64,000 bases of DNA from an uncultured Gammaproteobacteria bacterium (GCA_964474445.1 CAYYSJ010000001.1:14530-78529); one strand, 5' to 3'; positions 32,894 to 42,134 are shown, numbered from the stretch's first letter. Program-made: numbers and translations. The notes: generated from the letters alone by a model not told the origin.

Positions 32894-34911
32894 AAGACGT
32901 TTACTCTTTTCTCAAACCATTCCTTATATGCACAGCTCTTGCAGTTGTAAGTGGTATTCTGTTTTTTACAACTGTTGCATATATGAATAGACCACCTCGC
33001 CCTGCACTTTCTCTTTTACACACCTCTCCTGACCCCTCATCTCATTCCCTCTCCCCAGTGCTCTCAAACCAGTGGTATAGTTCTCTTGTCTCACAATTTC
33101 CATCAAGTCCTCTCTATGCGTTGCCTTTAGTGTACAAATTTGATCGTGATGGGATAGGATTTTCCTACCCTGATATTGTAAAGACTCCTGACTCCATTGC
33201 TGCATCGTACAAAAAAGATTTTGTGATTGGTCTTCCTCAGGAGATTTCTAAACCAACACTTGAAGCAGTTGGTGATTGGCATATACGAGGAAACGTAAAG
33301 ACATCGAATGCACAGAGTCTTACCTTTACGATTGGGCACGGGCTGCCCTATGTCCTGCTTACTGCAAAGGCTCAATACCTAACAGTTTCTCTCCCAGCAC
33401 AGACAGATATCTATAACAACAATACCCGTCTTGTTACTAATACAGCATTCCAAACCCAAGGATTTCGCCTTGTAACACAGCATCATACCTATGCATTCTT
33501 TTTTGACAAGTCAGTAAAGGTTTCACCAACTGATACAGGGATCACTATACAAAATCCTGCAAGAATTGTTGTTGCACTCTTGGATAAAAAAGAGCATTTC
33601 ACAGACTTTGCTACACTTATTGACATGGATTTGAAAGATACACAGGTATTCTTTGCCGTTGATGATACAAAACTTGATACGACCTATCAAGTTACGACAA
33701 ATAATAAAACGCCACTTCTTACGCTGTTTCCTCATCAGTATGATGCTCTTTCGGCAAAACCTGATATTCTTGGCGAATATCAGAGTATCAGAGGATCTCT
33801 CAAATTAGTAAGGGCCCAGTCGTTTACTACAACAACTCCTCTTCTTGTCCCGAATGGGACATTTGATAGCGTTGCAACAAATTCTGCAGAAATAACATCC
33901 CAAATAAAAAAAGATGTTGCTGGAGTTTTGCAGGAAGGTTTACCAGATAGCAAAGACTACTATTTAGGAAAATGGTTTGGAAAAGTCAGCAACCTTTTGC
34001 TGTTAGCGGATACCTATAACCTAGAAAATGAAAAGGAAAAACTTCTTGCATACACAACTCCCCTTTTTATAAAAAGTCTTTCAAATTTCTCCTACGATTC
34101 TCAAAAGACAAGTGTTATTGCAAAGTATCCAGAATTTGGTAATGAAAACCTTAATGATCACCATTTCCATTATGGCTATTACATTCGTACAGCTGCTGTG
34201 CTAGCAAACTTTGACCCAACCTTAGTGCAAAAAATGAAAGATCCTATTACCAGTATGGTAAAAGATATTGCAACAACACAACGAGAGTCTTCGCAGTTTC
34301 CTTTCCTTCGCAATTTCGATGTCTATGAAGGCCATTCATGGGCGGATGGGTTTGGCAATACTGCGGATGGGAATAACCAGGAGTCAACATCTGAGGCAAT
34401 TAATGCATGGTATGGAATCTACTTGTGGGGGAAAATTACCAATGATACCCAGATGCAGTCATATGCACTCTATCTGTACAACACAGAAATACAATCTGCT
34501 CAGTATTATTGGTTTGACAAGACAGGTATATACAGTGCTCCATATAATCACAACATTGCATCCATTGTTTGGGGAGGAAAAGTCGATTTTGCAACATGGT
34601 TTAGTGATAAGACAAATATGAAATATGGTATTCAACTTCTGCCTATAACGCCTGCTTCTTTGTATTTAGGCAATCTACCAAGTTTTGCTGGATATAAAAA
34701 AGATTTTGCAAAAAGTGGAGGGAGTGAACAAGATTCCTGGGGAGATTTATTTACCATATGGCGATCGTTTTATGAACCAGATATCACTTTTACACAAAAA
34801 GATAAAACACTCAATTTGGAAGAATCAAACACCAAATCACTTTTTCTTTACATCCTTACATTAAATAAAAGTAACCAGCAAAACGACAAACAGGCTCCTA
34901 GTACCCCATAA
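32890..34911 (+). CDS. GH81 endo-beta-1,3-glucanase, membrane-anchored
   Basis: SNQWYS, NDHHFHYGY, RNFD.YEGHSWA.G, NQESTSEA, WGGK, GIQLLP. Confidence 0.9.
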   Translation: MKDVYSFLKPFLICTALAVVSGILFFTTVAYMNRPPRPALSLLHTSPDPSSHSLSPVLSNQWYSSLVSQFPSSPLYALPLVYKFDRDGIGFSYPDIVKTPDSIAASYKKDFVIGLPQEISKPTLEAVGDWHIRGNVKTSNAQSLTFTIGHGLPYVLLTAKAQYLTVSLPAQTDIYNNNTRLVTNTAFQTQGFRLVTQHHTYAFFFDKSVKVSPTDTGITIQNPARIVVALLDKKEHFTDFATLIDMDLKDTQVFFAVDDTKLDTTYQVTTNNKTPLLTLFPHQYDALSAKPDILGEYQSIRGSLKLVRAQSFTTTTPLLVPNGTFDSVATNSAEITSQIKKDVAGVLQEGLPDSKDYYLGKWFGKVSNLLLLADTYNLENEKEKLLAYTTPLFIKSLSNFSYDSQKTSVIAKYPEFGNENLNDHHFHYGYYIRTAAVLANFDPTLVQKMKDPITSMVKDIATTQRESSQFPFLRNFDVYEGHSWADGFGNTADGNNQESTSEAINAWYGIYLWGKITNDTQMQSYALYLYNTEIQSAQYYWFDKTGIYSAPYNHNIASIVWGGKVDFATWFSDKTNMKYGIQLLPITPASLYLGNLPSFAGYKKDFAKSGGSEQDSWGDLFTIWRSFYEPDITFTQKDKTLNLEESNTKSLFLYILTLNKSNQQNDKQAPSTP

Positions 34912-35008
34912 AAAGCTTTAGGTAAAAGTCTCTGACTGGATTTTCTTTAGCTAAATTTGATAAAATATACTTCGAGAAAGATAAAAACAGGTATTTGATA
35001 TCTCTCAA

Positions 35009-35081
35009 TGCGGAGTGGTGTAATGGCAACACGCCTGACTTTGGATCAGCGCGACTCTAGGTTCGAATCCTAGCTCCGCAG
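35009..35081 (+). tRNA. tRNA-Gln(TTG)
   Basis: Acceptor stem TGCGGAG/CTCCGCA, D arm GTGT/ACAC, anticodon loop CTTTGGA, T arm CTAGG-TTCGAAT-CCTAG; CCA not encoded. Confidence 0.9.
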
Positions 35082-35159
35082 CAATTCAGTTTAGACTACC
35101 AGATCATTCTGTATAAAAACACTCGCATTGGACGTTAGAACTTCTGATATACTTCAGGT

Positions 35160-35603
35160 ATGAAACGAGGAATTGATTATATTGGTGTTGGAGTAGGGGC
35201 TGCAATTTTTAATAACAAAGGAAAACTGTTTATAACCTTGCGTGGTAAAGAGGCCAAAAACGAACGAGGAAAATGGGAAATTCCAGGTGGAAGTGTTGAA
35301 TTTGGTGAAACTTTTGAACAAGCAATAAAACGTGAAATTAAGGAAGAACTTGATATAGAGATTGAGATTATAGAGTTATTAGGTATATGTGACCATATTA
35401 TTCCAAATGAACATCAGCATTGGGTATCCCCTACATATATTTGTAAAATCAAAAAAGGTACACCAAGAATAGTTGAGCCTCATAAATGTGCCAATGTTGG
35501 TTGGTTTACTCTTAAGGAAGCAGAAAAGCTTCCTTTATCTATCGTCACTAAATATGATATATCCTTATTGAAAAAGAAATACCCTAAAGGACTAGTTGTA
35601 TAA
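35160..35603 (+). CDS. NUDIX hydrolase
   Basis: Nudix box GGSVEFGETFEQAIKREIKEELDI; EPHKC. Confidence 0.92.
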   Translation: MKRGIDYIGVGVGAAIFNNKGKLFITLRGKEAKNERGKWEIPGGSVEFGETFEQAIKREIKEELDIEIEIIELLGICDHIIPNEHQHWVSPTYICKIKKGTPRIVEPHKCANVGWFTLKEAEKLPLSIVTKYDISLLKKKYPKGLVV

Positions 35604-35712
35604 GGCTAAATTGGTTCTAATGTGCTCTAGTATCCCCAGCAAAATAATCCACCTTGGATTCGAACCTTAAAATTTTCTACCTTAAGAGATGTATCCATGA
35701 TATAATCTCGCC

Positions 35713-36270
35713 ATGTCTACATTTAAAATGATCCGTCTTGGTAATCCAGTACTCAGAACAAAATCAAAATCTGTAACGCTAAAAGAATTAAAGACAAAAA
35801 GATTTCAAAAGTTTTTAGATAAGTTAGTGGCAACCTGTTTGAAAAATGATGGTGTTGGCATAGCAGCTCCTCAAGTAGGAGTAAATAAACGAGTCATTGT
35901 GGTTACTGTTGATCCTAAAAACCCTCGATATGAAAATAAAACTTCATTTCCCATCACCGTTATTATCAACCCTAAAGTTATCTCTCATTCTGAAAAGATA
36001 AAAGATGATTGGGAAGGAGATTTATCAGCAGATTTACGAGGACTTGTACCACGACCAATAGAGTGCATAGTTATAGGATTAGATAAACAAGGAAAAGAAG
36101 TTCGCTATGACTTAATAGATGATTTCCATGCGAGAGTATTTCAGCATGAAATAGATCATCTTGATGGTATTATGTTTTTGGATAAAGTAAAAAGAAAAAA
36201 GAGCTTTAGTGAGTATGAAACATGGAAAATATATTGGAAAGGTAAGGACCTTAAAGAGTTACCTTTTTAA
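35713..36270 (+). CDS. def: peptide deformylase-like protein
   Basis: GNPVLR, GVGIAAPQVG, INP, EGDLS (canonical EGCLS), QHEIDHLDG. Confidence 0.88.
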   Translation: MSTFKMIRLGNPVLRTKSKSVTLKELKTKRFQKFLDKLVATCLKNDGVGIAAPQVGVNKRVIVVTVDPKNPRYENKTSFPITVIINPKVISHSEKIKDDWEGDLSADLRGLVPRPIECIVIGLDKQGKEVRYDLIDDFHARVFQHEIDHLDGIMFLDKVKRKKSFSEYETWKIYWKGKDLKELPF

Positions 36271-36410
36271 TTAGCACAGTTAGGGATGTAAAAACTTTCA
36301 TTATTTTGCATCCGAAAAGTTCGAATACTGCCTATGTCCACCAGCTTTAATCGTATAGCTGGAATACCTCAATTATACTATGTGGGAACTTTTGATATAC
36401 TAGAGAAAGT

Positions 36411-36725
36411 ATGAAGGTCGTATTTTTATTTAGAGGTGAATTACCACAAGCAGATGCGAATAAATATATTCCACTGTGGGATAAATGGTTTAAAGAGTTA
36501 ACAGATAAAGGTATATTTAGAGGTGGTATACCAATTGCTCCTCAGGGTAAACTTGTAACACAAAATAACGTAGAAACTCTTCAACTAACTGATGATTTAG
36601 TAACAGGTTATGCAGAGTTAGAATTTCCATCTATGGATGAAGCAATCGCTACTGCCAAGCAATGCCCTAATAGATTATATGGTGGGAAAGTTGAGATTCG
36701 CGAGCCAATGAATATGTCAAGGTAA
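36411..36725 (+). CDS. YciI/YCII-related protein
   Basis: W..WF..L, G.P, TGY, S.DEAI..AK.CP....GG.VEIR. Confidence 0.8.
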   Translation: MKVVFLFRGELPQADANKYIPLWDKWFKELTDKGIFRGGIPIAPQGKLVTQNNVETLQLTDDLVTGYAELEFPSMDEAIATAKQCPNRLYGGKVEIREPMNMSR

Positions 36726-36807
36726 TACATGATTCTTTTAAATAGCCATTAATAGTTCTTGAAGAATATTATTTCTATAAAAAGTTCCTACACAATCCAC
36801 TAGTGCC

Positions 36808-36922
36808 AGCCATTCGACTCGCTTCTCTCGCTCATGGCTATAGCTCTTTTTCTATAAAAGAGATATCCTAACAATAGAATTTTATGGGAAAAGAGTCGAA
36901 TACCCTGAGCGCAGTCGAAGGG
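36808..36922. repeat. REP-like palindromic elements around the GIY-YIG start
   Basis: ATTCGACTC (36812-36820) and GAGTCGAAT (36893-36901) are inverted; CCCTGAGCGCAGTCGAAGGG at 36903-36922; small hairpins in between. Confidence 0.55.
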
Positions 36923-37192
36923 AAATTCATCGTTTATATTCTGCGCACATCATCAAATACACTCTATATCGGTCAAACCAATAATCTCAATAAACGCTTA
37001 CAGGAACACAAAGATAAAAAAAGCAAATCTGCTAAATATATGAAATATTTCGACTCCTTTGACCTTGTCTATAAGGAAATTTATCAAACGAGAAGACAAG
37101 CTATGCAAAGAGAATGGCAATTAAAACATTGGACAAAGAAGAAAAAAGAAGCACTCATTGCAGGAAATAAGATTTTATTAAAACAATTTTAA
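36884..37192 (+). CDS. GIY-YIG nuclease (YhbQ/UPF0213-like)
   Basis: VYIL......LYIGQTNNL..RL.EH; A..RE.QLK.W...KK..LI. Confidence 0.9.
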   Translation: MGKESNTLSAVEGKFIVYILRTSSNTLYIGQTNNLNKRLQEHKDKKSKSAKYMKYFDSFDLVYKEIYQTRRQAMQREWQLKHWTKKKKEALIAGNKILLKQF

Positions 37193-37300
37193 TGTGCTTT
37201 TGCCTCAACCTAGCCTTAAAAATTTGTAAAAAAATGTCTTAACCAGATTGAATTCGAACTAATAGTTTTCAGTGAATTAAAGTGTGGTAAACTTGTTTAC

Positions 37301-37906
37301 ATGAGGAAAATCATTACTACTACATTCATTACTCTTGACGGTGTTATGCAAGCTCCAGGTGGACCGGAGGAAGATACTTCAAATGGATTTACTTATGGAG
37401 GTTGGCAGTTTGGTTGGGACAAAGTAGCGGACAATATCATGGACACAATAATACAGGCTGTTCCTTTTGATCTACTCTTAGGAAGACGCACCTATGATAT
37501 TTTTGCCTCTTACTGGCCCAATCACAAAGAAGAACCGCATTGGGGAAAGCCATTCGATAGAGCGAAAAAATATGTTGTCTCACATAAACCTTTTGAACTT
37601 ACTTGGGACAATTCAGTGCTTATTACGGGAGACGTAGTGGCAGAAATAAAAAAACTTAAAAATTCAGACGGTCCTAACCTGTTGGTATACGGTAGTGGCA
37701 ATCTTATACAAACGCTTCTTGGAAACAATCTTATAGATAGAATGCATATCTGGACATTTCCCATTACTATCGGCATCGGTAAAAAATTATTCGCCGAAGG
37801 CACACAACCAGAACGCTTTAAACCGATAGATGCAAAAATTTTGTCTACGGGCGTGATATTTGCAACCTACCAACCCTCAAACCCGCTCAAAAGGGGATCA
37901 TTCTAA
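37301..37906 (+). CDS. dihydrofolate reductase/RibD C-terminal family protein
   Basis: TLDGVMQAPGG, LLLGRRTY, GSG.LIQ.L, G.GK.LF. Confidence 0.9.
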   Translation: MRKIITTTFITLDGVMQAPGGPEEDTSNGFTYGGWQFGWDKVADNIMDTIIQAVPFDLLLGRRTYDIFASYWPNHKEEPHWGKPFDRAKKYVVSHKPFELTWDNSVLITGDVVAEIKKLKNSDGPNLLVYGSGNLIQTLLGNNLIDRMHIWTFPITIGIGKKLFAEGTQPERFKPIDAKILSTGVIFATYQPSNPLKRGSF

Positions 37907-38013
37907 ATTATAGTTAGCAAAAATTATTTTGATAAAAGTTCATACATAGTTCACTAGAGCCAGCCTATTCAATCACACACATTAGCTACATATATGTTAG
38001 AATAGAAATAGGT

Positions 38014-38427
38014 ATGGGAAAAATCACTGTACAAACTATCGTTAATGCTTCTATAGAAAAGGTGTGGGACTATTGGAATAAACCAGAACATATTAAAAAT
38101 TGGGCTTTTGGATCTAATGATTGGGAAGCTCCAAGTGCAGAAAATAATTTACGTGTGGGTGGAAAATTTAAAACAGTTATGGCAGCAAAAGATAAGAGTG
38201 CAAGTTTTGATTTTACTGGTACATATACGGTAGTAAAAGAGAATGAACTTATTGAATACGATATGGATGAGGCTGGTAGACATGTAAAAGTAGAGTTCAT
38301 AAAATTACCAAAAGGCGTAAGAGTTGTGGAAATATTTGATCCTGAAAACGAAAACCCAGAAGAGATGCAAAGAGATGGTTGGCAAACAATTCTAAATAAT
38401 TTCAAAAAGTACGTTGAGAGTATATAA
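38014..38427 (+). CDS. SRPBCC/AHSA1 family protein
   Basis: KVW..W..PEHI..W...S.DW..P.A.N.L.VGG.F...M.AKD; Q..GWQ.IL.NF. Confidence 0.88.
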   Translation: MGKITVQTIVNASIEKVWDYWNKPEHIKNWAFGSNDWEAPSAENNLRVGGKFKTVMAAKDKSASFDFTGTYTVVKENELIEYDMDEAGRHVKVEFIKLPKGVRVVEIFDPENENPEEMQRDGWQTILNNFKKYVESI

Positions 38428-38504
38428 AATATCTATAGTTCCTACAAAGTTAACTAACGACAGCACCAATTTCTGCCTCAAATTAGCCTCGAAAATGACT
38501 AGTA

Positions 38505-38885
38505 TTAATGAATGGCACTATTAATCAGATTTGGTATTGCTTTAAAAGGTAGTTCATTAAGATGATGTCTTTCCTTGAAATACTCTGGAGAATTATAGCT
38601 TACCCATACGACTCCTTTTGAATCTTCCCAAACAACTGCCTTTAATGGAAGGTCAATTGCAAGTGGAGGAGTAATATTCATGAGAGGTGTACCTGTTTTC
38701 GGATCACCAAATAATAACAATGTAGTTGGACTCATAGTTAATCCGACTTTTGAGGCTTCTTCCTGTTGATCAATAATGTCAAATATCTTTATCCCTTTTG
38801 ACCGTAATACTGCTTGTAACTTACTAACTGTTTCACCAACTGTATAATTGCTTTTTTCAGTAATAATTCCCATATCTGCTTCCAT
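38505..38885 (-). CDS. DUF302 domain protein
   Basis: F..IDQ...A...GL.M, FGDPK.GTPLM, DLPLK..VWED. Confidence 0.88.
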   Translation of the reverse strand: MEADMGIITEKSNYTVGETVSKLQAVLRSKGIKIFDIIDQQEEASKVGLTMSPTTLLLFGDPKTGTPLMNITPPLAIDLPLKAVVWEDSKGVVWVSYNSPEYFKERHHLNELPFKAIPNLINSAIH

Positions 38886-39204
38886 GTAAACGAGTATAAG
38901 CTACATTTGTAAATACTTTATTAGAGTTTCGGATTGGCTCAAAGATTTTATAAAGAAGCACTTGAAAGAAAAAGGGAAATCGATCCTAACTCACTGAAGC
39001 TGTATGTGAGAGCTCTTCTAGACAAAATTGATTCATTACAACAGGAGGAAAATGATTCTATTGCAGATGATGCACTTATGTTAAGCACACTTTTGCAAAA
39101 TTACGTTAGAGTATACCCATTATAAAAAGTCGGAATTTCTTAATTTATGCAAATGTTGGATCGAACCACTGGCTCTAAATCAGTACTAGTAGTAGAATAG
39201 AAAT

Positions 39205-39813
39205 ATGAGAAAGATTGTTGTCTTATCTTTTATTACACTAGATGGTGTCATGCAAGCACCAGGTGGGACAGAAGAAGACACTTCAGGTGGGTTTAAGTAT
39301 GGAGGATGGTCTTTCCCCTATTTTGATGAATTCTTAGGTAAGGTCATGGCCGAACAGACAGGACATCCCTTTGATCTGCTTCTTGGCAGAAAAACCTATG
39401 ACATATTTGCCGCTTATTGGCCACATCAGGATGAAAACACGAATCCATTTGCCAGAGAGAGCAACAAGGCAAGAAAATATGTAGTATCACATTCACCAAT
39501 TAAGCTTGAGTGGAATAATTCTGTACTACTGCAAGGAAATATAGTAGAGGAAGTTAAAAAACTTAAGGCACAGGACGGTCCAGAATTGCAAGTTCATGGT
39601 AGTGGTAATCTTATCCAAACACTTTTACAAAACGATCTGATTGATGAATTATGGCTAAAAATTTACCCACTTACACTTGGCTCAGGCAAACGCTTATTTG
39701 CTGAAGGGACTGTCCCTGCATCATTCACTCTTGTTGAATCTAAGACTTCACCACTTGGAGTTATTGTTGCGAATTTCAAACGAGCAGGAGAGATTAAAAC
39801 AGGCTCATTCTAG
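39205..39813 (+). CDS. dihydrofolate reductase/RibD C-terminal family protein (paralogue)
   Basis: TLDGVMQAPGG.EEDTS.GF.YGGW, LLLGRKTY, HGSGNLIQ. Confidence 0.9.
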   Translation: MRKIVVLSFITLDGVMQAPGGTEEDTSGGFKYGGWSFPYFDEFLGKVMAEQTGHPFDLLLGRKTYDIFAAYWPHQDENTNPFARESNKARKYVVSHSPIKLEWNNSVLLQGNIVEEVKKLKAQDGPELQVHGSGNLIQTLLQNDLIDELWLKIYPLTLGSGKRLFAEGTVPASFTLVESKTSPLGVIVANFKRAGEIKTGSF

Positions 39814-40074
39814 ATTTCCACTCGCAAAATATTCTTATAAAAGTTCTGATATAGTCCAGAGAAGAGTGAGTAGACTTCCTACAAAGACAGCCACAAGTGT
39901 TTGATAGATACGTTATACATAAAACACTATTCTCATTGCGGTAGATTTTTTAGTTATTGTTGGGAATAAAAAGTGTTTCCTCATTTTAAAGTCAAGAGTT
40001 AGAATTTTGTTTATGTTTGCCATTTCTCAATCAACACGATACCTAGGACTTGAATCTTTTGGTATAATCTCTGT

Positions 40075-40758
40075 ATGGTGTTTGATATTGAAGAAGTCCT
40101 CCAGCAGATTAGTGAACATCCATATATTCAAAAGACAAAACATGTTTGTGAAGTAAATGCAGCACATACGGAAGATTCAGTTCATACGCACCTTATGCAA
40201 ACACTTGATATGGCAAGAAAATCTATAGATGGGAATTTTATTTCTCATCCTCAGGCAAAACAACTATTTGATAATTTTATGAATAGAAAAATAGAAGGCG
40301 TAGCCTACAAAGATATTGCACTCCTTTTTGCTTTCATTCATGATGTTGGAAAAATTCTTTCGTTTAAGGAAGGTAACGAGGTATTTCCTATGAATATCCA
40401 AAAACCAAATGCTCCATTAGGTAACACATATAATCCAGGGCATGAGTATTGGGGCTCTCAACTGGTTCCAGAGATATTAAAGAACTTACCCATGAATCAA
40501 AAGTTAGTTGAATATATTACAACGATTGTCCGTTTGCATGGACAGGTATTTGATTATCATACTTCCTTTATTCAATTCCCTCTGGAAGATGCGATTCGGG
40601 ATGTTAAGTCGAGAGTTGAGGGATACCATCTAGCGGTACTTTTTAACTCGTATTGTGATGCTGCGTATAATAAGCCTTTACAGCCGTGCCGCGAACTGAT
40701 CGTGCAGATGCTTAACTCGCCCAGTACCTATACCCTTCGTGAATACATCGTCTCTTAA
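40075..40758 (+). CDS. HD-domain protein
   Basis: H..V..H, HDVGK, GHEYWG, RLH, final D. Confidence 0.75.
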   Translation: MVFDIEEVLQQISEHPYIQKTKHVCEVNAAHTEDSVHTHLMQTLDMARKSIDGNFISHPQAKQLFDNFMNRKIEGVAYKDIALLFAFIHDVGKILSFKEGNEVFPMNIQKPNAPLGNTYNPGHEYWGSQLVPEILKNLPMNQKLVEYITTIVRLHGQVFDYHTSFIQFPLEDAIRDVKSRVEGYHLAVLFNSYCDAAYNKPLQPCRELIVQMLNSPSTYTLREYIVS

Positions 40759-40830
40759 CTACTAATTTCATTTCCTTAGTTTCAATTGACTATCTCAAAC
40801 TATTAGCTTCAAACTGTTATACTTATTTTA

Positions 40831-41364
40831 ATGAAACTCATTCTCCTTTACGGAGCACCAGGAACCGGAAAATTAACTGTAGCAAAAGAACTTACTGTGT
40901 CTACTGGGTTTACCCTCTTTCATAACCACATGATCCTTAACGCATTATGTGAAGTTTTTGGCTATGATCATCCAATTCGTCGAAAACTTGAAAAAGAATT
41001 TCGTTTACGGATTATTGAAGAAGCAGTGAAAAACAATATTTCTATGATCACAACTGGTGTTATTATGCGAGATAATGAAGATTTCTATAAAGAAATGATA
41101 CATACTGTGCGTAAGAGTCAAGGAGAATGTTTGCTTGTTCACTTAACTGCAACAAAAGAAATCTTAGAAAGTCGAATTGGAAATGATTCCAGAAAAGCAT
41201 TGCAAAAAATCAGTAATCCAGAAAAGTTAGCTGAATGGACAGAACGTTATCCAGAATCTTTTGAAAAAATTGAATACGACCAACAACAACTAACGATTGA
41301 CACAGGTAGTCTTTCTCCTCAAGAAATTGTTGAGAAAATAATTGAGCACTACAAACTAGCGTAA
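40831..41364 (+). CDS. P-loop (AAA_33/NMP kinase-like) protein
   Basis: LYGAPGTGKLT, FHNH, IDT..LSP. Confidence 0.82.
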   Translation: MKLILLYGAPGTGKLTVAKELTVSTGFTLFHNHMILNALCEVFGYDHPIRRKLEKEFRLRIIEEAVKNNISMITTGVIMRDNEDFYKEMIHTVRKSQGECLLVHLTATKEILESRIGNDSRKALQKISNPEKLAEWTERYPESFEKIEYDQQQLTIDTGSLSPQEIVEKIIEHYKLA

Positions 41365-41404
41365 AAATTCTCTACCTGCTTCCCTTCTCTGATATAATTA
41401 ATAC

Positions 41405-42037
41405 ATGAGTTATACATGTCCAATGCACCCAGAGATAGAGCAAAATAAACCAGGCCGATGCCCAAAGTGTGGTATGAAACTTGTTGCAAAGGAGAATCTG
41501 ACAAGTGCTTCTTTATCACATGAAACCCATGAAGAAAGCCAGAATACACTGGCATGGAAAAGCTACATTCCACTGATTGTTATTATCGGTTTAATCTTGC
41601 TTACTACACTGGTCCTCTCTTTGAAAGACATGCAAGGAGGAAATTTCAGTATTGCAAACACCATATCGTATTTTATGATTGGATTCTTCCTTGTATTCTC
41701 TGGATTCAAACTGATAGATTTGAAAGGCTTTGCAGAAGGATATGCAACGTATGACCTTCTCGCGCTAAGGTGGTTTGGCTATGGATATATCTATCCATTT
41801 ATTGAATTATTTTTCGGATTAGCAATGCTATTGATACTTCAAACAAAGTGGCTCCTTTGGGCTGAGCTTATTGTGATGGTGTTTAGTGGGATAGGTGTTG
41901 CGCTGAAATTAGCAAGGAACGAAAAATTTCAATGTGCATGTCTTGGGACTTTTCTGAAAGTTCCTCTCACAAAAGTAACCCTTGTTGAAGATTTTGGTAT
42001 GGCCGCTTTAGCACTTATCTTGATTTTGATTCATTAA
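41405..42037 (+). CDS. heavy-metal-binding domain fused to a MauE/DoxX-like membrane domain
   Basis: YTCPMHPE...PG.CP.CGM; FK..DL.GF...Y..YD, YPFIEL, CACLGT, ED. Confidence 0.85.
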   Translation: MSYTCPMHPEIEQNKPGRCPKCGMKLVAKENLTSASLSHETHEESQNTLAWKSYIPLIVIIGLILLTTLVLSLKDMQGGNFSIANTISYFMIGFFLVFSGFKLIDLKGFAEGYATYDLLALRWFGYGYIYPFIELFFGLAMLLILQTKWLLWAELIVMVFSGIGVALKLARNEKFQCACLGTFLKVPLTKVTLVEDFGMAALALILILIH

Positions 42038-42134
42038 GTGAAAATCTTGTCTTTCATGGAGTCTTTTATTCAGGAACAAGTAAATGAGATTGTAGGAGAA
42101 ACTACGTGTTGCTAATCAATTCTTTTCAAAACTA

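Larger units (their letters stand above)
35610..38465 (+). repeat. dispersed degenerate intergenic motif GTTC-N18-(C/A)CAGC, five copies
   Basis: GTTC at 35614, 36319, 36784, 37938 and 38438, each shortly after a stop codon; 36780-36811 and 37934-37965 match at 27 of 32 positions ungapped; partial copy at 39839. Confidence 0.7.

Noticed and set aside
38934-39125. 63-aa ORF in the cassette region
   Set aside because: Non-ATG start, no clear initiation signal or family; may be a gene remnant but cannot be supported
35653-39170. GGATTCGAACC-like words at about 35655, 37250 and 39158 as extra tRNA genes
   Set aside because: Only T-loop-like words, no cloverleaf can be folded; at most scars
35610-39870. 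Intergenic repeats as a CRISPR array or canonical integron attC sites
   Set aside because: Copies are degenerate and separated by whole genes; no cas or intI gene; no RYYYAAC...GTTRRRY inverted structure
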